46,681 nt of DNA, from IMG/VR virus record IMGVR_UViG_3300037856_000060, positions 1 to 46,681 of that record; one strand, written 5' to 3'. Shown here in pieces: positions 1-7,899 of the stretch. The translations under genes were made by a program, and so were the position numbers. Source of the stretch: a virus (Duplodnaviria; Caudoviricetes). Each line of letters starts with the position of its first letter. Position 1 is the first letter of the stretch. Below the pieces are notes generated by a model. That model worked only from the letters and a program-made list of their open reading frames with translations, ran no database searches and was not told the origin of the DNA.

Positions 1-1350
1 TTGAACGACGCAGCGCAAACTGAATGGCCAACAAGGATCGAGGTCGCACCGTCCGAGCTCTATCTCGACACAGAAAACCCGCGTCACAAGCCGGTTCAAA
101 GCGAGCGCGAGGTGATTGAACGTCTTTGCGAGACCGAGAGCATTTATGAGCTGGCAGCGGATATCGCCGAACACGGGATCAATCCCCTCGAGCTGATTGC
201 AATCGTTCCCGCAGCCGATGGCGCAAACTCAGCTCGAGGCCCCTATGTCGTCGCGGAAGGAAACAGGCGGCTCTGCGCATTGAAACTCCTCGCGGACCCC
301 GATGCTGCGCCAGCTGCTGTCGTGGAGAAGTTTCGAGCGCTCGCTGAAAAGCGCCCAGTTCGCAAAATCCCCGCTCAGCTTTTCCCGGATCGAGAATCTG
401 CACGAATCTGGCTTGAGCGGCTGCACAGCGGATCCTTCGCTGGTCGTGGTAGGCTCCAGTGGAGCGCCGAACAGAAAACACGTTTCCTTGGCGGCGGGCG
501 ACATGCGCGGGCTCAAGCGCTCCTCGACATCGCGGAGCGAGAAGGACTCATCACGGCGGCCCAGCGCGAGGGTAAACTGAGCATTGTGGACCGGTGGATT
601 TCCAACCCGATCTTCAGGGAAGCCCTTGGGGTTGATTTTCCCAAGGGCGACGGTGGGATCCTGTTCACCCGACCGGCAGCAGACAGAAGGCGCCTCCTCT
701 CGACCTTCATGGATCTCGTGATAAAGGGGGAAGGCGCAGGAGGAATATCGACGCGCGCCAAGGCTGACGACATGAAGCGAAAGGCGCGCGAGATCAGCGA
801 GACAATCAGGATCGAGGCAGCCGCCGGTCGAATGCAGGGCACGACTGTCGCGCCGGAGCCGTGGGATACTGCAAAGGAGGCCGCAAGCGCTGCCCCGAAA
901 GCAGGGACGGTCCCGAAGAAGCCCCAGCACCGGTGCCTCCCCCACAGTGCAAAGATCGAAAAGGCACTCGATGAATACGGAAACCAAAAGCTTCGGGCGC
1001 TTTACTTCGAATTGACGAAGGTTCCGCTGGATCACGTCCAACTGCTGACGGTCGGGCTCTGGACTTTCTACGAAGTCCTGAGCGCGAACATGGGCCGGAA
1101 GGATGGAAACGCGTTCGACAGCTACATGAACTCCGCCAAGGTGGAGTCCATGGGCTTTACGGGGCGAGAGCACAAGAAGTCGCTGCCGCGCGCGTTCAAA
1201 AGTATCTCCGACGCCGGCAACCTCACAAAGCATGACTCCCGTGCCTCGCAGATGGATCGGGAACAGCTCTACAATGATGTCCAGACACTCGAGGACATCA
1301 CCGAAGCGATGATCCGGAGCCTGCTAGCCGGGAAGGGAGGCGCACCATGA
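1..1350 (+). CDS. ParB/Srx-like N-terminal domain protein with HEPN-like C-terminal domain
   Basis: N-terminal LYLDTENPRH and VVAEGNRRLCALKLL (ParB-like). C-terminal LLTVGLWTFYE followed by GNLTKH resembles a HEPN NxxxH variant. TTG start at the window edge is uncertain. Confidence 0.65.
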   Translation: MNDAAQTEWPTRIEVAPSELYLDTENPRHKPVQSEREVIERLCETESIYELAADIAEHGINPLELIAIVPAADGANSARGPYVVAEGNRRLCALKLLADPDAAPAAVVEKFRALAEKRPVRKIPAQLFPDRESARIWLERLHSGSFAGRGRLQWSAEQKTRFLGGGRHARAQALLDIAEREGLITAAQREGKLSIVDRWISNPIFREALGVDFPKGDGGILFTRPAADRRRLLSTFMDLVIKGEGAGGISTRAKADDMKRKAREISETIRIEAAAGRMQGTTVAPEPWDTAKEAASAAPKAGTVPKKPQHRCLPHSAKIEKALDEYGNQKLRALYFELTKVPLDHVQLLTVGLWTFYEVLSANMGRKDGNAFDSYMNSAKVESMGFTGREHKKSLPRAFKSISDAGNLTKHDSRASQMDREQLYNDVQTLEDITEAMIRSLLAGKGGAP

Positions 1351-1417
1351 AGGCTATGGCCGTGGCGATGTATCTTCGATACAACGTTGCGGGAGGCATC
1401 TGCCGGATCGATCGAAG

Positions 1418-2281
1418 ATGGCATTCACAGACTCCCCGCTGAGATATCCGGGAGGCAAGGCAAGCCTTAATCCCCTCATGCGCGAAGTGATCGCGCACAA
1501 CAGCCTGCGATACTGCAGGTATGCCGAGCCTTACGCGGGGGGGGGTGGGCTCGCGTTACGGCTTCTTTTCGACGGCGTGGTATCGCGGATCCACCTCAAC
1601 GACCTCGATCCAGCCATCTGGGCTTTCTGGCACAGCGTCCTGGAGCGGACCGAAGAACTCGCGGGGATGATCGAGCAAACACCAATCACAATTGACGAGT
1701 GGCGGCGCCAGCGTGAGACCGTCATGACAGGATCCACAGCGGACCCACTGCAGCTCGGCTTTGCAGCCTTTTTCCTCAACCGGACGAACCGATCCGGAAT
1801 CATCAAGAGCGGTGGGGTAATCGGCGGCCTCGACCAGACCGGTAACTATCTAATCGATTGCCGCTTCAACCGCGCCGGACTCGCAGGGCGAGTCCGGCGG
1901 ATTGGCCGCTACCGCGACCGCATAGACCTGACCCGTCTTGATGCCCTTGAATTCCTCGACGCATTCGAGCGGGATGTTTCCGAGCCGGCCTTCCTCTGCA
2001 TAGACCCCCCCTATTTCGCTAAGGGTTCAAGCCTCTACAGCAACTTTTACCGCCCCAAGGATCACGCCAGGCTGGCCAGCAGGGTGCAGCAGCTTCGCCA
2101 GCCGTGGCTTATGACCTACGACGACGCGCCGCGCATCCTTGATCTCTACGGCGAGCGGCGGCGCTTTCGCTTCAGCATCAACTACTCCGCGCAGAACAAA
2201 CGCCAGGGAACCGAACTGATGGTCGTCTCGGACGATCTTGAACTGCCGAGATCTGTCGAGGCGCGCCTCTCGGCAGCCTGA
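1418..2281 (+). CDS. DNA adenine methyltransferase, Dam/D12 class
   Basis: SPLRYPGGK, EPYAGGGG (motif I), FFLNRTNRSG, CIDPPY (motif IV). Confidence 0.92.
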   Translation: MAFTDSPLRYPGGKASLNPLMREVIAHNSLRYCRYAEPYAGGGGLALRLLFDGVVSRIHLNDLDPAIWAFWHSVLERTEELAGMIEQTPITIDEWRRQRETVMTGSTADPLQLGFAAFFLNRTNRSGIIKSGGVIGGLDQTGNYLIDCRFNRAGLAGRVRRIGRYRDRIDLTRLDALEFLDAFERDVSEPAFLCIDPPYFAKGSSLYSNFYRPKDHARLASRVQQLRQPWLMTYDDAPRILDLYGERRRFRFSINYSAQNKRQGTELMVVSDDLELPRSVEARLSAA

Positions 2282-2543
2282 CCAGGTTTCGTCAGCCTCG
2301 CGCAAGCCGCGACGGACTGACACAGGAGCGGTGCCGCGGGCCCGGACCAAGCCCAGCGCGGAACGCCTGAGAGCAGCTGCGATTCTGAAGCTTTGGTCGC
2401 AACGCGGCTTGCGACCGCAAGAGTCGACTTTGACTTTTAGTTTCGATTATCGCAATTTCAGAAGGCTGCGCTTGCGCCAAGGCCATTGGCCTGACGGAGG
2501 CCCCACAAGAAACCCGGATCAGCCTGCGCATGTGCTCGCGCAT

Positions 2544-2792
2544 TCAACGAGCCGCTTCGATTACTCCGCCCACCCATTCAGCCAGCCCGCGATGCTTATC
2601 CCCGCACGACAGTAGGTTTGCCCGATCGGTGCGCCACCATCGCTCGACCTCTTCCTGGGTCGCGTCGCGTGGAGGTAATCGCAAGGGATCGTCGCAGGGC
2701 GCAGTAAGGCTCGGCGGCGGTGGCTCAATCCTCGCGCCGAATGCGGTCGATTCTGAGCATGCTGTCAGCCCCGAGAGCGCGGCGACCAGCAT
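2544..2792 (-). CDS. o-spanin (Rz1-like lipoprotein)
   Basis: MLVAALSGLTAC lipobox, proline-rich body with Cys residues, overlaps the 3' end of the i-spanin gene in another frame. Start moved to the Met at 2792. Confidence 0.75.
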   Translation of the reverse strand: MLVAALSGLTACSESTAFGARIEPPPPSLTAPCDDPLRLPPRDATQEEVERWWRTDRANLLSCGDKHRGLAEWVGGVIEAAR

Positions 2793-3093
2793 CGGGATCA
2801 GCCCTGCCCTGTTCGTCCAACTCTGCGCGTAGATCATCACGAGCCCTTTCCGCTTCAATCCGCGCGGCTTCTGCCGCGCGTGCCCGCTTGCTTGCTGCTT
2901 CCAGCCGCGCCTCGAGGACCCGCACCGCCGCCTCGTGTTGCGCCGCTGCCGCCGCTACGCCTCGCTCGTAGGCCGCCGCGTCGATCCGCCATCCCGCCAC
3001 GCCCAGCGCCGCTACGACCACGATGGCGAACAATGCCCAGCGCGGCAGATCCCGCAGCACGCGGAGCACGCGAATTGCAACCCACACCATCAC
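2725..3093 (-). CDS. i-spanin (Rz-like)
   Basis: One N-terminal TM helix plus Ala/Arg/Glu coiled coil, directly after the endolysin. Confidence 0.75.
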   Translation of the reverse strand: MMVWVAIRVLRVLRDLPRWALFAIVVVAALGVAGWRIDAAAYERGVAAAAAQHEAAVRVLEARLEAASKRARAAEAARIEAERARDDLRAELDEQGRADPDAGRRALGADSMLRIDRIRRED

Positions 3094-3902
3094 AGCCGTG
3101 CGAACTGGAAATGCATCCAGTCCATATCAGCAGCTCGGCCAAGCGAGAGCGCGCCTTGCGCTTCGACGATCGCCCAGAACGCGTCGTACTCTGAACGTGC
3201 GAAGGCGGCGCGGTCATTCCCCCAACGCAGCTGGTTGCGATCGGGGTCCAGGTCGACGGCCGCGCCGTAGGCATGGGTGCTTTTCTGATCGCCGCCGCGC
3301 ATGTTGCGGTTGTTGAAGCAGCCGCCATACAGATCGAGGCGCAGGCGGCGATACTCAGCTTCCCCGTAGTGGCGCGCCGCCTCGGCAAAGATGGCCGTCA
3401 TCGGACCTTCGAGGCGCCGGTGACATGCGAACTGACGAACCGTATCGACCGGGTTCCAGGCGATCGGGAACGCGAAAGGCAGAATGCAGATCCCTGCTGT
3501 TGCCTCAGGGCCCCCAGCGCGCCCGTAGAAGTTCTCCATATCGCGTTGTCGCGGCCATTGCGCGGCGGCCTTTGTCACGGCGACGCCGGCAGCGCTGGCG
3601 GGGCGCCGCGGGATGACCGGCCGGACCCCGGTCGCGCGCTCGGTCTCCCATGCGGTCAGTGCCTCAAGGGTATTGTGTCCGGCATAGCCGTCGATGACAC
3701 CAGGCTCGAAACCCTGGACTGCGAGAATGACCTGACCGGCAGCAATCAGGCGACGCTCGATCGACCAGTCAGACCAGTTGAAGCCGCCGTTCCGTTCGAC
3801 GATCTGCACGCCGCGCAGCGTCTGCGGTCCCGCATCGCCATCGATCGCGCCAGCATAATAGTTTGCAGACGCCAACAGCGCCTGCACATCTCTCACATGC
3901 AT
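3090..3902 (-). CDS. Endolysin: peptidoglycan-binding repeats plus M15-family zinc peptidase
   Basis: GAIDGDAGPQT and GVIDGYAGHNT PG-binding motifs; RNMRGG..STHAYGAAVDLD and DWMHFQ M15 motifs. Confidence 0.88.
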   Translation of the reverse strand: MHVRDVQALLASANYYAGAIDGDAGPQTLRGVQIVERNGGFNWSDWSIERRLIAAGQVILAVQGFEPGVIDGYAGHNTLEALTAWETERATGVRPVIPRRPASAAGVAVTKAAAQWPRQRDMENFYGRAGGPEATAGICILPFAFPIAWNPVDTVRQFACHRRLEGPMTAIFAEAARHYGEAEYRRLRLDLYGGCFNNRNMRGGDQKSTHAYGAAVDLDPDRNQLRWGNDRAAFARSEYDAFWAIVEAQGALSLGRAADMDWMHFQFARL

Positions 3903-3914
3903 GTTGGAAATCCT

Positions 3915-4013
3915 TCAGGAGGTCAGATAGAGGAGCGCCACCGCAAGCGTGACGCCGACGATGACCACGAGGCCTTCGCGCTTCGCAGTGGTCTTGGGAT
4001 CACGATTTCGCAT
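3915..4013 (-). CDS. 32-aa single-TM peptide in the lysis cassette
   Basis: Read manually as MRNRDPKTTAKREGLVVIVGVTLAVALLYLTS. It fills the holin-endolysin gap and overlaps the holin stop. Confidence 0.55.
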   Translation of the reverse strand: MRNRDPKTTAKREGLVVIVGVTLAVALLYLTS

Positions 4014-4374
4014 CGCCACCCCCATCGCCGTTGTCGCGGCGAGGGCCATTATGGCCGCGATGCCGCCACGCCTGCAGAATGTCGATCACGCTCGCAGCAA
4101 GTCCGATACCACCAAGACCGACGATGAAGGCGGCGAAGCCGGACGGGTCGGAGGCGGGTGCAATGGCACCGACAACAGGCTCCAGAAGCGGCTCTACGAG
4201 CGGGCCAAGGTAGAGGGCGCATACCGCACCAACAACGATGCCGGGAATACCTTCCCGCCAGTTGTCGCGCAACGTGATCCATCGCACGAGACCACCCGCA
4301 GCACCGGCGAGCGCGGCCTTGCCTGGCTCGCTCGCCAACCAGGCGAGAAAGCCGGTGTCAGTCGGATCAGCCAT
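4000..4374 (-). CDS. Putative holin
   Basis: 124 aa with about 3 hydrophobic segments and a charged C-terminus, upstream of the endolysin. Confidence 0.7.
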   Translation of the reverse strand: MADPTDTGFLAWLASEPGKAALAGAAGGLVRWITLRDNWREGIPGIVVGAVCALYLGPLVEPLLEPVVGAIAPASDPSGFAAFIVGLGGIGLAASVIDILQAWRHRGHNGPRRDNGDGGGDAKS

Positions 4375-4780
4375 CGTCGTCCTCCGGAATCCTTACCACT
4401 CCTGCCGCATCGAGCATGGTGGCCGGATCACCTGGCAAAGTGAGGATGATGTCAGGCGCGGCAGCAGGCACCTGCGCGGGAGCCTCTGGGTCGGTGCCTG
4501 GGTCATAGAGCACAATCAGCGCCTGCGCGCGCGCAGCTCCGGCCATGTTGACGGTATAGGGTTCCCCATCCCAGGCAGGCCGCGACAGCGGGCTTTGTGC
4601 TGCCGACAGGAACGCTGGCGACACCGGCAGTGATGCGACGGCATAGCGGTTGCCTTCACCATCCTGCACCGTTGGCGCACCATAGGTCAGGGCTTCAGCA
4701 GGGCCTTCACCCAACACCATTGCCAACTGGTTTGCGTCCCCGATATGCGCCTCGGGGCAGACGATCGTGATCCGGATCAC
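4367..4780 (-). CDS. Hypothetical protein, possible fibre/spike assembly factor
   Basis: GTG start overlaps the stop of the 509-aa gene (GTGA); translation begins (M)IRITIVCPEAHIGDANQLA. Confidence 0.6.
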   Translation of the reverse strand: MIRITIVCPEAHIGDANQLAMVLGEGPAEALTYGAPTVQDGEGNRYAVASLPVSPAFLSAAQSPLSRPAWDGEPYTVNMAGAARAQALIVLYDPGTDPEAPAQVPAAAPDIILTLPGDPATMLDAAGVVRIPEDDDG

Positions 4781-6306
4781 AGCGCGATCCCTCCTCTGGC
4801 TGCAAGGTATCGTTGAAGCATGAAGCGCTCGAATTCGGTGATTGCGCGGTCGACCATGACACCGCCGTAGAGGCGTCCGGAACCGAAGGCGCTTCCGAAG
4901 CGGAAAAGCGCGTCCAGCCCATCGATCGGGAAAGCCGCGCCGGTAATCGTTGGTGGTTCCGGATACGGCGTGCCGTTCCGCCACGCCTGCCCCGACGTCG
5001 CGCCATCGATGCGTATCACATCGACCCGTCCTGCGAACGTCGTGGGCCAGCCCGCAGCTGCAGGAAAACCGATAGCATTGCTTGGCGTGTTCGCCGTGAC
5101 CGAAATGCCCTGTGCGAAGTTGACCGAACTGTTCGCAGCAATCGATCCGAAAGTCAGTGGTGCCGGCCAGCCGGTCAGCCACTCGCGCGCCACGGCGATC
5201 GTATAAGGGCCGTCCGGTGCGAATGGCGACGCCAGCGCCATCCAGTCATCAAAGCCATCGGCTGAGACGTAGTACAAAGCGCGTTGGCCAACTTCGGCGA
5301 TGTTGAGTGCCGACACACGGCGCTGGTATGGCGTGGCCGCAGCGGCGCGTTCGAGTTGCGGTGCTTCCAGGCGGATGGTCGATCCGATGGTGACTGGCAG
5401 CGAACTGTTCGAGTCAGTGATGTAGAGCCGCGTCGCGACTTCGGCACTCGACGCCAGGGTAAACGTCATCGTGCAGCGATAAGCACCGTCGCCGACAGGC
5501 GTGATCGTCGAGGTGGGCGTGCCAGTGAAAACGCTAGCGCTACCGGAAAGGGAGACAAAACCCGTTTCTCCGGTAGCGAGGTTGAACCAGGCGTTTGCTG
5601 CGTCTCCAAAATTCGACAGCAGGGCGGGTCGAATAACGAAGAATTTCGACCCCTTCACCACGGCGCTGACTGTGTATGTGCCTGCGGCAAGAATCGAAGC
5701 GGTGGACAGGGCCGCGCCGTTTACATCGGTTGATGTGGCCGTGAGGTCGAAGGCGGGCTCACCTATGGCACTCGTGGTGGCTGCTGCGATACTTGTGCGA
5801 ATTGTGCCCCATCCGGTCCCGAGAAAGTTGGCCGTGTTTGCAGGCAGGATGTTTCTGATCCCGCTCGCGGGTCTCGTGCCAAAGGACACGCGAGCGGCAG
5901 AGATCGCCTGATGAAGCTCACGGCGCCCCTGGCTATCGCGCAGAGCTGCGATCGTCGCTCCGGAGCCCGTAACAGGGATCAATCCGTCAACGTCGGTGAA
6001 AAGACCCTTGGGATCGATCGAGAGATCGCGCACATCGGTGTTTCCGATGCGCAGGGCTTCTGGCGTCCAGTTGCAGATTTGCTGAAACCCGTCCGCGGCT
6101 GGTGCCCATGGCCACCAGCCATCCGGGATAGGCATGAAGTCCGGAATGGTCAGAACACTGCCGGCCGGCACTGCCGCGACCGGGTCGATCCAGCCGCGCG
6201 CGATGTGCGGAGCGGCAGCGCGCGCTTTCGGCAACGCTGCTGCTTTCGGGGTCTCCTGAATATCCACGACCTCGCGGGGAATCGGAAACGCGGTAAACTC
6301 GGTCAT
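4777..6306 (-). CDS. Head-spike fibre / receptor-binding-like protein
   Basis: Ser/Thr/Gly-rich beta protein; GIRNILP...GW, GAYRCTMTF and EAPQLERAAAATPYQ pattern of carbohydrate-binding spike domains; lies near the spike-base gene. Confidence 0.65.
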   Translation of the reverse strand: MTEFTAFPIPREVVDIQETPKAAALPKARAAAPHIARGWIDPVAAVPAGSVLTIPDFMPIPDGWWPWAPAADGFQQICNWTPEALRIGNTDVRDLSIDPKGLFTDVDGLIPVTGSGATIAALRDSQGRRELHQAISAARVSFGTRPASGIRNILPANTANFLGTGWGTIRTSIAAATTSAIGEPAFDLTATSTDVNGAALSTASILAAGTYTVSAVVKGSKFFVIRPALLSNFGDAANAWFNLATGETGFVSLSGSASVFTGTPTSTITPVGDGAYRCTMTFTLASSAEVATRLYITDSNSSLPVTIGSTIRLEAPQLERAAAATPYQRRVSALNIAEVGQRALYYVSADGFDDWMALASPFAPDGPYTIAVAREWLTGWPAPLTFGSIAANSSVNFAQGISVTANTPSNAIGFPAAAGWPTTFAGRVDVIRIDGATSGQAWRNGTPYPEPPTITGAAFPIDGLDALFRFGSAFGSGRLYGGVMVDRAITEFERFMLQRYLAARGGIAL

Positions 6307-6467
6307 CAGGATGCCTCTCTCTTCAGCACAGCAAGGGCGTTGCCCTCTGGATCGACCAGTGCGTTGCCTTCGGTATCGACCAGGATGTGCGGGATGCGGG
6401 GTTTGACGGTCAGAAACCGCCGGCGGAACGCTGCAGCCAGCGTGTTCGCGAGTGTGTTCTCGGGCAT
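6306..6467 (-). CDS. Small virion-associated hypothetical protein with LVDxEGNA repeat
   Basis: MPENTLANTL...LVDTEGNALVDPEGNALAV; its stop overlaps the start of the next gene. Confidence 0.5.
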   Translation of the reverse strand: MPENTLANTLAAAFRRRFLTVKPRIPHILVDTEGNALVDPEGNALAVLKREAS

Positions 6468-6471
6468 GATG

Positions 6472-6720
6472 TCACGCGAAGATCGTGATGCCGGTGGCGG
6501 TGGTGCCAGTGGCATGGATCCGGGTCACCTCGAGCACCAGCTGCTCGGCGTCGAGCAGGCCCGGAATTGTCTCGGTATCGCCGCCGCGGGTGGTTACGCG
6601 CAGGTCACCGCCCACCGCGACCCGGACGGCCGAAGCAACGAAGGGCAGGTCTTCGCTGTTGCTGGGTGTGATGGCCTTCACCCGTGTCGGGTGTGCTTGG
6701 TCGGTTGGCACGATGCTCAT
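6472..6720 (-). CDS. Head spike base protein (RcGTA Rcc01079-like)
   Basis: 82 aa with AITPSNSEDLP, VRVAVGGDLRV and VTRIHATGTTATGI, the recognisable signature of this family. Confidence 0.78.
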   Translation of the reverse strand: MSIVPTDQAHPTRVKAITPSNSEDLPFVASAVRVAVGGDLRVTTRGGDTETIPGLLDAEQLVLEVTRIHATGTTATGITIFA

Positions 6721-6756
6721 CGAGGGTTCCTTTCGGTCTGGGGTCGCGGCGCGCGT

Positions 6757-7890
6757 TCACCGGAACGCGGCGAAATTGATGTGGGTCGCATCGTCAGCGG
6801 CTGCGTTGACCGTGTTGCCGGTCCACACGATCGCCGCTTCTGCAGAGTAGCCGGTGACCGGAACGAATGCCGTCGACTGTCGGTTGAACTGAACGCCATG
6901 CGCAGAACACACGGCGCACCAGTCTGCATCGGGCAGCGGATCGACGAAGGTGATCAGATAGACCCCGATCGCGAGACGTACGATGCTGGCAACGTTGCCG
7001 CTGCCCCGGATGACGATCGCGCCATCGACCCAACCGAAGTTCGCCCAGGCCCGCGCTGCGAAGATCGGCGCTGCGCCGCCGGCGTTAAGCACCCCGGGCA
7101 CCTGCGCAGTGATCGCCGCCTTCGTCAGCGACGCGGTCATTCGGCCGCTTCCGGTTCCGGCTTGTGCTTCGGCGGTGGTGGCGGGAAACGTCTGCGCAAG
7201 GACGAATGCTGCACCGTTGTAGACGACGGTCACGATGTCGCCCTCACGCAGATCGCCGCTCTGGAGATCATCGAACTCGATCCCCGGACCGCGCCAGCGA
7301 TACACCGGCCGGAACCCCAAACCCGCAACATTGAGCGAAATGCCGCCGCTGGTGTTGGCGACATGGACCTGCAAGCGAAAGGACATGCCAACCTGGTAGG
7401 CGTCCGGTGGGTTCGGAGGCGTGATGATATAGCTGTCGCTGCTGCCCGTGGTCAGAAGAACGGGGAGCGCATTCTGTGGGTTCACCAGGCCGGCTCCAAG
7501 GGTGGCGACCGCAGCGTCGGCGTCGTCACGCGCTGCTTCCGCGGCCTCCTTTGCGTCAACTGCCGCCTGAACTGCAGCTGCGAGCGCATCCGCCCCTTCG
7601 ATGGCGCCAAGGAAGACCGAAGACGACATGTCCTGCCGATAGAAAGCCAGCGCGTCCGCATCGGTATCGAAGACTGCGAACACGCTGCCGGCCGGCGTGC
7701 CCGCCTGGCCTTCAGCGATCGTGGTGAAGATGCTCCATTTGCCCGAGACGGCCGCGGCGATCAACGCATCGATCGTGTTGTCGTAGAGAACCGCGGCAAC
7801 ACGATCGATCTCGGCCGAGAGCAGCTCGAGGGTCGTGCGCTTTCCACCGACGATTGTGGTCGTCGGCACAGCGATAGTTGGTGCTGGCAT
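6757..7890 (-). CDS. Tail fibre protein
   Basis: Coiled N-terminal half; ANT..ISLNV.GLG...GDL..G.IV.VVYNG domain; C-terminal RAWANF...GNVASI.R..GVY.ITF; follows the tail tip gene. Confidence 0.75.
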   Translation of the reverse strand: MPAPTIAVPTTTIVGGKRTTLELLSAEIDRVAAVLYDNTIDALIAAAVSGKWSIFTTIAEGQAGTPAGSVFAVFDTDADALAFYRQDMSSSVFLGAIEGADALAAAVQAAVDAKEAAEAARDDADAAVATLGAGLVNPQNALPVLLTTGSSDSYIITPPNPPDAYQVGMSFRLQVHVANTSGGISLNVAGLGFRPVYRWRGPGIEFDDLQSGDLREGDIVTVVYNGAAFVLAQTFPATTAEAQAGTGSGRMTASLTKAAITAQVPGVLNAGGAAPIFAARAWANFGWVDGAIVIRGSGNVASIVRLAIGVYLITFVDPLPDADWCAVCSAHGVQFNRQSTAFVPVTGYSAEAAIVWTGNTVNAAADDATHINFAAFR

Positions 7891-7899
7891 GGCTTCTCC

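Noticed and set aside
2282-2543. Intergenic region as attL or a terminator
   Set aside because: No partner repeat in the window, which ends at the integrase stop, and no convincing hairpin plus U-tract.
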